From: the human T2T-CHM13v2.0 reference genome, Homo sapiens | Reading direction: 5' to 3' (one strand) | Length of the DNA: 64,000 nucleotides | Assembly: GCF_009914755.1 (NCBI RefSeq) | Contig: NC_060930.1 | Part shown: positions 28,531 to 44,460 of the stretch, one piece after another | Position numbering within the stretch: the first letter of the stretch is position 1 | Layout of the letters: each line of letters starts with the position of its first letter | The notes under the pieces: model-generated | Told to the model about the DNA's origin: nothing | The model's database searches: none | What the model saw: only the letters and a program-made list of their open reading frames with translations | Program-made: the position numbers and the translations under genes

Positions 28531-30613
28531 AAAAAGAACCTTTGCCGCACAAAGAGGGTAGGTAGTGAATCTGGTAATTTTAAAAGGCAGCTGTCATTAA
28601 ATCCTGAGTTTCAAGATGAAATCCTATCACTCTGTTTGAGCACTTTATTATTGTTCTTACTGATTGTGCCCTAGAACACATTAGTGAATTGGCACAATTC
28701 CTCTGTCATTTTCTTCTCTTCATATAAACTTAGTTTGGGCAATTTTTCAAAGAAGGAAGGAAGAAAGGAAGTAAAGAAGGAAGGAAGGGAGGGAGGGGGG
28801 AAGCCAAAAGAAACAAGGATTGAGTTTGTTGGAGTCACTTTAGAACATTAGTGCCACACTGGTCCATAAATATGTTCATTTTGCGGGGGGTGGGGGAGAC
28901 TGCAACAACATCATACTGTATCAATGATGAATTCAGCAGTCACTTAAAATGAAAAATGTAGGTGGCTTTCAAAGAAACAATCTCAAGTAAAATTGTTAAC
29001 AAAATTTATCAATTTTTGAAAACTGTATATTCAAATAGATAACATAAAAACAAGAATAATTTAAAGCATGTTACTCAACTAGATTTCACAACAAATGATA
29101 CATTTAAAGTTTTATGGCTCCAATATTAATGCTTTAGGAACTGTGTGGCAAACATTTACTAACCAGGTTCTCATGACCTATTGACTGTGTGAAGAATATT
29201 TGTCAGCATGCCAGCGTGCAGTGTTAGGTTCTGTTAGGATCAAAACAATCTCCCTCAGGAAGCTTATATAAAAAGTTGTCCTTGTCCCTACTCTTAGGTC
29301 AAGAAAACATTGTCATCAATATGAATATGAAGAGATGCATGAAATAATATGACTAAGTTCTTTAAGGGAGAAAGCCGCCATAGATTAGCTAGTTAGTTTG
29401 AGAACTGGCTTTTAAATACATACTTTCTCTACATAATTTGGAATGTTTTAGAAAACAAAATGGGAACAAAGTACAATGCACATTAGCTGGGCAGGGAAGC
29501 ATGAAGAATGCTTTCTATGTTACGGCTAATTCCCTGCAAGCTAGCCTGACTTTCAGAGCATTCAACTGAGTACGTGGCTGTTCTCCACCATGAGGCCAGC
29601 ACGTGGTTAATGACCCCAATTCTGGCATTGTTTCTGGGTCTTGTTTTTTTCTGCACAAAGGTTAATTGAATTTTTACAAGGGTTTCCTAGAGGACTTGCA
29701 CAACTTTTTGGTATTAAAACAAAAGGCCATCTTATAATAGACTTACAATATGACTTTCATAAGCACTTTAAGTATTTTAGCTTAGACTTTAGTAACTGTG
29801 GCATATTTAATGTTTCATAGCTTTTTGAGAATTTCCACAGACATTCTCAGCATCTTCACTAAATTTAATCACGAAGTCTGGCAGTACAGAATTCTTCCTT
29901 CTCCCTCGGCTTCTTTTTAAGTTTGAGAGTGAATTTGGTTTTGTAAAAGTATGCTAGGGAGAAGATGCAAGGGACTTCTCAGCAATTTCTCTCTATGTGT
30001 TCTGCAGATAAATGTTCTTTCCGGCTCGTGACAACTAACAATTGTGTTTCAAAAAAAAAAAAAAACATGCATTGTTAATGAGACTTCGCCAGAGATGCTT
30101 AGAGTTAGGTGAAATAGAGATAACTATTTTCATAGCTATGCATTAATTGACTGAATTGGCTTTGTATTTCAGGCCAACTCCAAAGCACTGGTTAATAGTT
30201 ATAAAAATGTTTCACAGTGCTCCATGTCGGCTTCCCCCTGAAAATCCATGATAAAGATTGAGCGTGGTTGAAAGGCTTGTCATGCGTAAGTGCTAATTAG
30301 CCCCAGGATGCTTGCCTTCATGAACTTTCAGGCCTCATCTATAAGGTCAGGAAAGGGGTCATAGCTCATAGAATATGGACTTGCATTAATTCCCAGCGTA
30401 TAAACTCATGGATCCTCCACAGAATTCACTAAACTTCAATAAGCTACAATTCTATCCTTACCTCACATGTCACATCCCTAAAGGTGACATCTACATTAAT
30501 GCCCCTCATCCCCAATAGAGAGCACATTGGTAGCTCAAATAGGCTATTACTCACTGTGACCTCTTCTACTTATTTCTTAAGGCATGGGAGTGGCATAGTG
30601 AGATCCTGGCAGG

Positions 30614-31080
30614 AGCACTGTTCACAATAGCAAAGACTTGGAATCAACCCAGATGCCCATCATTGATAGACTGGATAAAGAAAATGTGGTCCATATATAT
30701 CATGGAATACTATGCAACCATAAAAAGGAACAAGACCATATCCTTTGCAGGGACATGGATGAAGCTGGAAACCGTTATCCTCAGCAAACTAATGCAGGAA
30801 CAGAAAACCAAACACTGCCTGTTCTCACTTATAAGTGGGAGCTGAATGATGAGCACACATGGACACATGGGGGAACAACACACACTGGGGCCTGCTGGGG
30901 GGTTGTGGGGAGGGAGAGCATCAGGAAGAATACCTAATGGATGCTGGGCTTAATACCTAGGTGATGGGTTGATCTGTGCAGCAAAACACCATGGCACACG
31001 TTTACCTATATAACAAACCTGCACATCCTGCACATGTACCCCTGAACTTAAAATGAAAAGTTGAAGAAAATTTTTAAAAA
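30614..31080 (+). mobile_element. L1PA (older primate) 3' end
   Basis: ORF2 C-terminus [16 protein letters not shown] plus 3' UTR; TSD-like cctggcagg on both sides. Confidence 0.9.
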
Positions 31081-31502
31081 AGACCCTGCCTGGCAGGGTT
31101 TCAGCTTAAAGAAAATTTCTGGGTTTTGCACATGGCCATTTTCTGAACTCCTATAACTGGCTTTTGAACCAAAGTCCTCTTGGAATGCTGAGACGCACTG
31201 GAAACCTCTAGATGGGCCATCCAGCCTGAAGAAAGCCTTTCTTGTTGCTGCTATTTGTATCATTATTTCCTTTACTAACAATAACTAAGATGCACTGGGT
31301 ACGTTACGTGTTAGGGAGCGTCCCAAGTGCTTAGTAAGCATCGATTAGTTTCATTTTTACAACCATCTTTGCCCTGTGAAATAGGACATGGGATTCACTC
31401 TTTTTAAAGATGAGACAGTTGACACTTGGGAAGCTTAGGAAGGTTTCCCAAAGCAAGCTGTGGGTACGGACGGCATCAGAACTAAACGCAGGGAGTCTGA
31501 CT

Positions 31503-31706
31503 CAGGGTGTTCAATCTCAGCACTACTGAAGTTTGAGACCAGGCCATTCTCACGGGCCCGTTGTGGGCACTGCATGGTGTTTGGCACCATCCCTGCCTCT
31601 ACCCGCTAGATGCTAGAAGCATCCCCCTGTTGTGATGACCAAAACTATCTCCAGACATGACCAAATATCCCCTGGGGACAAAATCGCTGGCAACTGAGCA
31701 CCACTG
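31503..31706 (+). mobile_element. MER20 DNA transposon inserted in a MIR
   Basis: cagggtgttcaatctcagcactactga..gaccaaaactatctccagacat..tgagcaccactg; 8-bp TSD (g/c)tctgact. Confidence 0.8.
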
Positions 31707-31712
31707 CTCTGA

Positions 31713-31805
31713 CTCAAAGGTGTCTGCTCCTAACCACCTGCCTCTCAAAGGTGTCTGCTCCTAACCACCTGCCCCTCAAAGGTGTCTGCTCCTAACCACC
31801 TGCCT
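31713..31805. repeat. 31-bp tandem repeat x3
   Basis: ctcaaaggtgtctgctcctaaccacctgcc(t/c) in three near-identical copies. Confidence 0.92.
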
Positions 31806-34789
31806 TTGCTGCCGCCGGCTTCCCCCTGCTTCTTTGAGGCAAAAATCAGGTCGGACTAGCATCAGTGGCAAAGGAACCAGTCAGATCAGCTCATGTGACA
31901 GCTTTGACAGACCAAGCATTTTGGTCACATATTAGCTTTTGAGAATCAGTATGCATAGGCTGGAATGACACTTTCAGTAAATCAACATTCAGGCTATAAC
32001 AAACCTATTAATATTCTGGGGAATTCATTGTGTACCGAGCCAGTCATTCAGATGACTATATGCCTTAGGTCTTTTTATGAAATAAATTAGATTTAATTTG
32101 GTAGGCTAGGCAGAGTAGGCACAGAGTGCCTTGCATTTCCTGGTTATACTAGTGTGTGGTGTGATAAAAAACTGAATAGGCATCTCCATCAAATGATTCC
32201 TGTAATGTCCCCATTGGCTCTTTTGAAATAAAACCTGTGTCCTGTTTCCCTCTTCCTAATTCACCTTGCTCTTGCCTGTGTTCTATAATGGACAATGTGA
32301 ACACTCAGACAGGGCTGATTTTCTAATCAATGGTAACAACTGGAGTTAGAAATGAAAATATTACCATAGTAAACTATATTTATTTTAAAGTCCATAGGCT
32401 AGTTTTCATCCCCTCCCAAACCACTCTAATTTATATAGGAGGGGGTCAAAGTTTAGAGGAATACGAAGATGTTTCTAAAATTTAGATGCAATATGTATAA
32501 GAGAGAAGCTTCTACTTGTGATGAATTAGTTAGAAATCAAAATTTTTTTGGACAGATTCACTTGAGAGAATGAAGAAAATTCAAGTAGAGAGAGGTATCC
32601 TGAGAAAAACAGAATATTTTAGACTGAACTGGGATAATCTGGAGACTTAGAACAATAATATATAAGGCTTTATATATTATATATATATTGCTTTATATTG
32701 AAATTTCATGGAATTATTTTAGCTCTTAAAGTATAGGAAAATCAGTTAAAGATGGAAACACTGATGAATCTAATGAGAATTTTAAACATATAAGTTTATT
32801 TATCTTAAACTGTAAGATTCTATTAGGCTTTAAGACTATAATTTTATGGACTGTGAAAGTTCTAAGGTCCCTTAAGATTATGTAGAAGAGATGTTTACTT
32901 TTTAGCAAAGAAAATATTGTCCAGAAACCCATTTTTTAGAAATAGATAAACTATTTATTTTTAATAAATTAAGCTTATTTTTGGTGAACACAAACTTTTG
33001 AAATTTAGTTTTTTGAAAGACACATGTAATCATGTATTATTTCGTTCTTTCTATATTTCATTACGTTGCCTAGATCAAGCAAACACTGATATACCCAGAT
33101 AAGTGTGGCAAACAGTTATGTGTTTTTTTTTAAACACCTCATTTTACAATTTTGTAATTCACTTTATTAAACAGAAACTTTAGCTCAAGGCTGCACAAAA
33201 TAATGAATTTTCAGTTTCTGCTAAGAGTATGTATATGTTGTTTTTGTTTCTAAATAGTCTATGATATATTTAAAAATGAAATTTGAAGTCAGATTTCATG
33301 CATAGAACCATAAGGATTTTAGGAACGTGTTCTGACAAGCAGTGGTGTGAATACAGCTTCTCACATAAGAGGTGAGTTAACAGAGGCTCGGAGCAGATAA
33401 GTCACTGGTGCTGAGTCACAGGCTGGCAGAGCAAGGATCAGAATGCAGGTCCTCTGCCTTTTAAGCCTGCGTTCTTTTTGGTTCACACTGCCTCTATTAT
33501 TAAATTACTTAATTTATCAGAGCAAAAAGCAAAACCTTAGGGATGCTATTAGCAATTTACTATTTCCAGTTCTTTTGGGAATCTGTTAATTGCCCTTTCA
33601 TAAATGCTGCTCATTATGATTAAGACTTTGATTAAATGTGAAAGTCTAGGATTTATATGTTACAGACATATTTAATATTAATTTAAAGCACCAGAGCAGA
33701 ATGAATTGTGCATTCCAATTTTTTAGCTCTATCAAACACTCTTTAATCAAGGATTTTTCAAGAACTTGCTTTGTGCTAGCAGGACCTGATTTTTCCCCTC
33801 AGGAAGCTCACAGTTTAATTAAGGAGAGCTCATATTAGTAACAATGCACATCAGTGTCTGAGTAAGAGTTTAGGGGAGGTGTAGCTCGTCTTCATGGAGG
33901 TTAGGGGCAAGTGAGTTTAGTGAATAGGTGCCACGGAGTGAGACGGGGAAAGATGGGTGTCCTGGTTGAGGGGCGATGAGGTAAGAATGACTAATGCTTA
34001 TGAACCATTGCCTGATAAACACTGTGCCCAGGACTGTATATGGATCATGTTTAATCCAAAAGCAATTCTGAGTGAAGTCCTATCCCTCAACCCTTTTTAC
34101 AGGAGAAGACATTGAGGCATAGACCCATGAAGTGGGCTTGCTCAGTAACAACTGCTCAGTGAAGGGGCTGGGACTCCCAGCACTTGCCTGGTTCAGATCA
34201 CACTACTGTCTCCTTCCTATACTGCCCCTTCGCCCATCTGTGTGAGCCAAGGCAAGGAAGACAGTCTGGGGTCTGTGGGATGGCAAAGGAATTTTCTAGA
34301 ACTAAGAGTGTGTGTTGGGAAGGTAATGAGATGGGTTTGGAAAGGTTAGTTTGGGTAAAGCTTGAAAAGCCAGAAAAAGGATTTTAGCTCATGTTCTAAG
34401 CCTTCACCATTTTGTAGACCATCTTATTCACATTTTGATGGTCGCTTAGGTAAACTAAGATCTATTTTAGACTTGCAAACAACTACAAGGAGAAATTAGT
34501 TGAATAATATTAAATATTGACTACTGATATGATAATATGTGTATTCATGTAGGAGGTAGGGGTTGTGCCTTCTTTTCCATTCATTCAGAAAAAGCGCCTA
34601 TGGAGGCTCGCGAATAGAGAGGCACCATGCTCATTGCTTTGGGCATACCCTGCCTCCAGCATGAAGTCTGGCACTAGGAATTTCCCATTAATGTTCAGTG
34701 AATGAATGAATGGAATTTCCTGCCCTGCTCCTTGCCTCCCTCCCTTCCCACCTCCCCCTACCTTCCTTCCTCTTTTTCTTCCCTCCCGT

Positions 34790-35260
34790 CATTAAACACA
34801 TATTTACTGAATACCTACAAAACTTCTATGACTAAAACCAATGAGATTCTCCCATGAAATGGGGTGGAGAGAGGGGAAAGGCAGAAAATAAGCAAGGCAA
34901 TTGAATAATGTAATTCCAGTTAGTGGTAAGTGATGAAGAAAGCAGGGCTGGCTTACAGGGTGAGATCGTGCAGTGGTTGGGGAAGGCATGGTCTAAGCAG
35001 GCCTCTCCTGGGAGGGGACACCTGTTTAGAGGGCTAAATGAATGGAGGCAGCCATGCAAAAAGCTGAAGGAAGGTCCTCCAGGAAGGGAGAGTCACGGCC
35101 CTAGGAAGAGGACAAGTCTGCTTCATTTAGAGAACACCATGAAGGGCCAGGGTACTGGAGCATTGTCAACAAGGGGAAAGTGATCGGGCCGAGGACAGAA
35201 GGCCAGGTCACATAGGTCTTTGTAGTGTGAGAAGAACTCCAAATTTTATTCTCCGGAGTG
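34790..35260 (-). mobile_element. L2 fragment
   Basis: aaacacatatttactgaatacctac..ggaggcagccatgc..ccaggtcacataggtctttgtag. Confidence 0.6.
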
Positions 35261-35359
35261 GAGCTGCTTAAACTGTTAGTATAAATTATAATGGAATTTA
35301 AGTAATGTTCACAGAGGAGCAGAGAAGATAACAGAGACCGAGAAGGACATCTGAATTTA

Positions 35360-35658
35360 TTATATTTTAATTAATTTTTTTAGAGATAGGGTCTTCCTCT
35401 GCCACGTAGGCTGAAGTGTGGTGGTGCCATCATAGCTCACTGCATGAATTCCTGGGCTCAAGTGATCTTCCTGCCTCAGCCTCCTGAGTAGGTGGGACTA
35501 AAGGCATGCACCACCACACCTGGCTAATTTTTAAAATTTTTTGTAGAGGTGGGGTCTCACTATGTTGCCCAGGCTGGTCTTGAACTCGGCCTCAAGTGAT
35601 CCTCCCACCTTGGCCTCCTGAAGTGTTGGGATTACAGGCGTAAGCCACCACACCTGGC
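35360..35658 (-). mobile_element. AluJ
   Basis: catcatagctcactgc and gctcaagtgatc. Confidence 0.92.
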
Positions 35659-36087
35659 ATAACAAGGAATTTTTGACAGTGAATCTTGACTACTAAGAGA
35701 CTAGGGGACCATGAAAGAAAACAGTACATTAACCAGGAAAAGGATGGCTGACACATTGAATGATGAAGAGGAATTAAGGCAATGGAAAATAGAACACAGA
35801 CCCTTGGAGATGAAGAGGTCACGATTTACCATTGGCTGATAACCTACTGTGATGACATTTCTCAGGAACGAGGCGACTAGAAGAAAAACATGAAAGAAAA
35901 GGGGGCTAAGAGTTTTCAGAATTCTCACAATACTTTTTAAAAAGAGTCTCAAAAATCAAAACCAGTTTTGGCATACTGATTTCTAAGACATAATTCACTC
36001 TCCTTCTTCCTATCCCTCCCTTCCTTCCTTTTCTTAATAGAAATTGTTTTATTTATACATTTTGTATTTTAGTTGCCTTGTCAGTTA

Positions 36088-36468
<381 letters not shown>

Positions 36469-37042
36469 AAATTTCTATATTTAAAAATGATGTATGTAAT
36501 AATTTTTTTTTGCTATACTTGGAACTTTTTTTTTTAACCTACTAGGGATCTAATACATGAATTATTTATGCAGGAATTCCTAGATTGTCATTACTACAAC
36601 ACTTATGGTATATTTTTTCCTTGAATTGTTGAGACCTGATTTATTAGGTGAAGGATGACATTGTTTTCAAGGGAAAGGAATGCTGTTAAAAACCAAGCTG
36701 TTACACAAAGGCTTTCCTCCAGGCTCTGCAGGAACTCCCCAGTTCTTGGCTTGTTGCTGATTATGCTAACACCAACTTCTGGATTCATTTGAGTTCCGAT
36801 GGCTCCTGCCATACTGCTCCCAATTACTTTAAGCTGGGCATCCAATTTCCACAGTAACTCCTGGGTTCTCCTTGCCCATCTGTTCCTGCAGTGGCATCAA
36901 GCCCCATAAAGAAGGTAGCTGTTAGGATATTCCAACTTAATGTCTTACCAGGAGGACCTAGACCAGCAATTACAATACAATGACGTAAGCATTTTCCTCC
37001 TCTAGTGAAGTTGAAGAAGAAAAGAGGAGCTGACAAACATAA

Positions 37043-37984
<942 letters not shown>

Positions 37985-38498
37985 GATACCATTGCCTGTG
38001 TTCAGATTTCTTTAGAGTCGAGCACTTTCAGTTATATATCAGATGACTTCAAGATCTTTTGAAATGATTTGGTTCTCTTAGAAAACTTCGTATGGACAGT
38101 TGGGTAGGTGGCTGGGCTGATGGGCAGGGTGATGCCTGAAGGAAGAAGGATCGTACTCATTCATTTCCCCAAGGCTTTCTCGATTGCTCTGTGAACCACA
38201 CAGGGAGCGTGAGAGGGCGTTGATGGGGTTTGTTTCAGGATGCTCTACTGCACCTGGCTGAACATCGTTTGTTGGGTTGTTCTTGTTAGTCCAAAGGGAG
38301 AGGGAGTCTAAGAGTATAATGTGAGTTGGAATCTTGGAGAAACAACTTACAAAGCTTGTGATTTGGGCAAATCCACTCTCTGCACCTTTCAGTGCTGGGG
38401 TATTAGGTAAAGACACACATTTCAGAGTGGCATGTAGAGAAGTTCAAATCCCAGCCATTTCATTTGCTCCTGGAACTTTGTACGGGAAAGTGACTTAA

Positions 38499-38803
<305 letters not shown>

Positions 38804-41800
38804 TAACTTCTTTAACCTTGTTTTTTATCCTTTCTAAACAAGGGTCAAAACATTACCTTCCTCATAGGATTGTTGGGAGAATTAAGTAAGGTAAAACTCA
38901 TAAGACATATAAGAACTGCCATCAAGTAAATGCTCAGTACATGTTAGCTGTCATCCATCTCGTTGTTGAGAACCAAATTAAATATCACTCTATAAGTGAA
39001 AGCACTTTAAGACCTAAATCAATGTTAATTATTATAATGATGAGGTTGAGTATTGCTTCATCCTTGATGCTACTCTCCTCAGTAACTTTGCCAATGATTT
39101 AAAGATGTAGAAGCTATTCTTGTCAGATGGATGGCACAGGCCCGGGGTGGGACTCCTGGTAGGACAAGACCAAGATTATGGCCTATGGTCTTGGACAAGA
39201 CCAAGATTATGGTGACAGTTGAAATTGATAAGGGGTAAAAGTAAAAGTTTCTTTTATGTTCAAAAAGGAGGTGCATTAAGAACTCCTGGGAGGAGACCCA
39301 GCTTGGAAGCAGTCAACGTGAAAAGTTCCTGGGGGTTTTAGTTGATGGTCAGCTAATGCTGTTTTGGGCTGAAGACCAGAACTGCTAAATTCCATCTCTA
39401 ATCATAAGATAGTTGAAATTTTGTACTTTGTTCTAGACACCACATATTAGGAGGGCCTTATTATATTAGGTAGAAAGAACCTTGGCAAGTCACTGTTTTG
39501 AAAATACGGTGGGTGAAGGACCTTTAAATGTTTGAAGTTGCCATCTAAAACAAGGATTATACATGCTTCTTGCTAGCATGGAAAGTGAAACTGTGACAGA
39601 GAAGTGGGTACTGGTGAGAGAAAGAATATAATTTCACAAAAGAAAAAACTCAGTAGTAATCTCTGCAGCCAAAATGGCATGCATTGATGAACGTGCTGTT
39701 CCCAGTGGATCTGAGTAGAGGCTGGTGATTGTGGGAAGATTCTCACACTGGGTGTCATGTTAGACCAGCTGACCTCTAAGGGCCCTATCATGTTTTATGA
39801 TTTTATAATATAGCAGGCTGTACAGACCATTTTTAATATAGTCTTAATTTTTATAAAAATGTATTCATGCATATATACATAGTTATAAAACATAACCGTT
39901 AAATTCTAGTTAAATGCCACCAAAGATAAAAATAATAAAGTAGCTTCAAATTGTACTTATTGCAAGGTGACCTATCTGAAATGTCTTCTTGGTCATATTA
40001 TAAGAGGACTTAAGATGCCAAAGGGGAGGATCATAGCCTATTCATATTTCCATCTCCCACAAAGTGTCTGGCACACATGTAATAATTAAAGTAGACAATC
40101 TTTATTGAATGTTCTCTTGTTTAAAGAAGTATTTTAAGCCCATTATATTTAATAATTCACTTAACCATCAAAACTGCTCAATAATTTTGACACTATCATT
40201 ATTCCATTTGACCCATGAGGACACTGGCACTCACTGGGGTTTAAATGACTTGGCCAACATCACACATCTAATAAGTGCCAGGGCTGAGATTTGAACTCAG
40301 AAAGTCTGGTTCCAGAGCTTGTGTTCTTTACCATCACACTCTACTGCCTCTGCTAATGGAAGGTACTCGGTCAGTGTTTATCCAGTTGATGAACTGATGG
40401 ATAGATGGACGAACGGAAGGACTAACGGGGGTTGCAGCACAGAGTCGCCTGAATATGTGGCAATGAACAAAGAAGGGCACAGATTACATGAAGAGCAGAT
40501 GCAGAAAGGGCCGATGAGGGAGGGACGCTGGCAACACCTCAGTCACTGCTCTTCTTTGAGTTGATTCCGCATAGAGCATCTTAGGGTGAAACAGAACGAC
40601 GTGCATTAGCACAGAGAAGCAAAAGCTTCTTCTCTTGGGTTCCTCCTCTTCCTTTGCAGAGGAGATGTTTTCTGTCAGAATGATTAGTTAGAAGTGAACA
40701 GTGAAGTCCCTCAATTAGCATTCCTTCAAAATGCCATCTGTAAGTGACTAAAGAAGTGACAGCCAGAAGGCAGAACACAGGGCTATCTCCGCACAGACAA
40801 GACAAGAGCCGGGAAGGCAGGGACGCTCGATCAGCCGTTTCCAGCAATGTTAACGGGTCCACCCACTAAACTAAACAAATGCTTTCTTCCTACCATGGAG
40901 ACAGAAACTGAAAAATAATTTTTGACAGCACTGTATGATTTAGTGGGTGCTTGCAGACACAGCCTATACTTAGTTTTATACCATATTTAATAGAACATTT
41001 CAAACTTTCATAATTATTTGGCAGCTTTTAAAAAATAAAAAATAAATAAATAAATAGCAAATGCCCACTGGGTTACTCAGTGCAATGAAAATACCGTATC
41101 ATCAGGACTTTGTGATGTCTTGGCAACTCTTACCCCAACTCTATCCAACACCTGCTCTCCAGGTAGGTCAAGGTCAATATACTTGACTACTTCAAAGCCT
41201 CAACAAAAATGTTCTCCATCACCATGTTATCAGGTGTCCACGTCAGCTGAGAAGCCTGACTGGTCCTTTTCATGCCTGTGGAACAAGGGACTGAATCTTA
41301 AGGAGAGTGGAGACCTTGTGTTACTTACATTCTGCATTCAAGAAACTATTTCTATGAAGTTTAATGATCAATGATGCTTTTTCCTTCAAAACTATCCAAA
41401 GATTTCAAATCTGTTTGTGCAAGGAGGCACTGGATTGAACTGAATTTCTAGTTTCTTCATCGACTGGTTCCTTCATTCAGTAACAAAACTGAACATTTTA
41501 ATGTGCTGATACTGTGTGAGAGCTTTACACACATTAACTGATTTAATCAGTATGAAAACGGTCTGCAATAAGCACATGTATTCCCATCTTACGGGCAAAG
41601 AAATGGGCTGGAGAGGTTTCAGGAACATGCTCCAGCTGGCTGAGGTGCATCTGATGAACTCTGTGCTTCCAGTGAACTTGTAAGATCCAAGTCTCCAGGC
41701 GAACATCAAGTTCTTCTAGGATTCGTCCCCAGCCTTTCCCCAGTCTTCTAGGACTCCTCTCCCTTGCTCCGCCTTGAACTCTGTTGTTGACATCTTTCTT

Positions 41801-41825
41801 GCCCTCTACACCGTTAAACGATTCT

Positions 41826-42140
41826 AGAGTGGTGCTATACATTGGAAATAAAATGCGAGCCACACATATAAATTGTATTTTAATATCCACTTTAGGAAAG
41901 CAAAAAGAAGCAGGTGAAAGTGATTTTGATAATATATTTTATTTACCACAATATATCAAAAAATTTATTTCATCCTGTAATCAGCATAAAAATTACTAAT
42001 AAGATATCTTATATTCTTCTATGGTATTAAGTCTTTGAAATCTGGTTTGTATTTTACATTTGCAACACACCTCCCTTCGGACTACCCACATTTTGAGTGC
42101 TCCAAGGACGCTGGCTAGTGGCCACTGCATTGCCCGGCAT
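41826..42140. mobile_element. MER33-like hAT-Charlie MITE
   Basis: aatgcgagccacacat..ataatatattttatttaccacaatatatcaaaa..gtctttgaaatctggtttgtattttaca..ggctagtggccac. Confidence 0.7.
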
Positions 42141-43106
42141 ATCCTAGGGGAGGGAAGGAATCCTTAGTTGTTAACGTGTCAGACAACATGCTATGGCTCA
42201 TAGTTGTCCTCCTGATGTGTATCTTCTCCTCCCGATGTGTATCTTCTCCTCCCGTCTGCAGTATAAGAAGCCTTCACTGGGCACGTGTCTGCCAGGTACA
42301 GACTACATTCCCTGGCCTCTCCTGCACTCAGGGTCCCATGTGACTGGATCTGGCACCTGAGATGTAAACGAAAGTGAAGCGTGCCATTTCTGGGTTACGC
42401 CCTTAAAGAAGGCATGTTCCCAGCCCTTCTCCTTCTCTCTTTGTGCAAGCTGGAAGGCAGGTATGGTGCCAGTCACCTTCAACCACCTGAGCACGCTCAA
42501 GGGACAGCAGAGCCACAGACGGGAGCTTCTGTTTCCTTACCACAGAGCCAGCCATGGGGACCATGTCCTGAGAGAAAGAGGTTCCTGTTTTGTTCACACA
42601 ACTATTGTTCATCTATGACAAGCACGGTCATCTTCATTTACTTTCATCATTTCTAGAATCTAATTCCGTGCTCTCTTGGTGGGGTTAGACCCAACTCTTC
42701 CTTCAGGTCTCAGTGAAGCTTTATTTCAGCAGGGAGGCCTTTCTAATGTTCTGAAGACTAGGTTACAGCCCTCACTCCATACTACCATGGCACCCTGAGC
42801 TTCCCCTTTCTCAGCATCCGTGCACAGGGTTATTTAATGTTGGTGTTCGTTCTAGACCTCTGTGTCATGGGGGCATGCTGTGACCATCTTCTGGGCACTT
42901 GGCACAGTGCTTAGCACATAGAAGTGCCAAACATTTGTTCAAAGAATAAATGTAATTAAGAGGCTTAACATGTAAGTGATGTGCTCTTGCCCTTCCCGGT
43001 TTGATGGGAATACAGAATCTCTTTAGATTTTCCTGGTTCCTGTTAGAGAGCATCAGAATGACAGTGCACACAGGCAAGGCTAGCTGGGAGGATCGAGTGG
43101 CCTGAG

Positions 43107-43905
43107 TGTCATGGGTTGAGTTGTATCCCTTACAAAGATATGCTGATGTCCTAACACCCAGTACCTTGGAATGAGATCTTCTTTGGAAATAGTGTCATTG
43201 TGGATGTAATTAGTCAAGGTAAGGTGTATTAGTCTGGTCTCATGCTGCTAATAAAGACATACTCGACACTGGGTAATTTATAAAGGAAAGAGATTTAACT
43301 GACTCACAGTTCCACATGGCTGGGGAGGCCTCACAATCATGGCGGAAGGCCAATGAGGAGCAAAGGCACGTCTTACGTGGTGGCAGGCAAGAGAGCATGT
43401 GCAGGGGACCTCCCCTTTATAAAACCATCAGATCTTGTGAGACTTATTCACTACCACAAGGACAGTATGGGGAAAGCCACCCCCATGATTCAATTATCTC
43501 CACCTGGCCCAGCCCTTGATCTGTGGGGATTATTACAATTTAAGGGATATTTGGGTGGGGACACAGCCAAACCATATCATAAGGTCATACCAAAGTAGGT
43601 TGGCTCTAACTGAAACATGGCTGGCATCCTCAGAAGAAGAGGAGGGAGACACAGCAAGAAGGTGGCCATGAGATGATGGGAGCAGAGACTGGAGTGACAC
43701 AGCCACAAGCCAAGGATTGCTGGCAAACACCAGAAGCCAGAAGATGCAAGGAGGGATTCTTCCCCATGGGTTTCAGAGGAACATGACCTTGGAGGCACCT
43801 TGATTTCAGACTTCTGGCCTCCAGAACCGTGAGACAACACATTTCTGCTGTTCTACGCCACCCGGCTTGTGGCACTTTATAATGGCAGCCCTAGGAGCAA
43901 ATACA
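43107..43905 (+). mobile_element. MLT1 (MLT1B/C-like) LTR split by a THE1 LTR
   Basis: tgtcatgggttgagttgtatccc..tttggaaatag | THE1 | gacttctggcctccagaaccgtgagacaa..ctaggagcaaataca. Confidence 0.85.
43225..43579 (-). mobile_element. THE1 (THE1B/C-like) solo LTR
   Basis: tgtattagtc..ccaaaccatatca with a perfect 5-bp TSD taagg. Confidence 0.92.
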
Positions 43906-44415
43906 TCAAGGCAGAAAACCCGTCACAAACCTGCTGGCATGCCCGTTCCTCCTGGCTACGACTCCACAGCCTGTTCCCAGGGGTCAGCCCACAGGCCAGG
44001 GCCAGGCGGCATTGCTGGCTAGTGGCCTGCAGGAGGGGCACTTATCAGTACTTCCTCACTCCCAACATGAAAAGTCAGGTAAAGAAGTACAGGAAGCTCT
44101 GCCAAGGAGTGGAAGGGATTTGTACCTCCTTAGGACAACTTCCCAGGTAAGGGCGAGTGGAGGACAGGGTGTCCCCACTACAGGAAGAAAGAGAGACATC
44201 ATCATTCAGCTCTCACAGACATTCCTCCTTCAAAACAGACCCTCTGGCAAAGGTTATCCTTTAAAGAAAAAAAAGTTCTTGCTCCTCTGTCTTGAACTGG
44301 GAATAAATTAGGAGAGATAAGAGACAGATATTACTCCTTTTTAAAACTCTGTATTCCCATTGAAAAGAGTCAAGGGTACAATTCTCAAGTCTGTGTGTGT
44401 GCACAGTGCTTACAT

Positions 44416-44416
44416 G

Positions 44417-44460
<44 letters not shown>
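44416..44460. repeat. (TC)n(AC)n compound microsatellite
   Basis: Directly visible. Confidence 0.95.
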
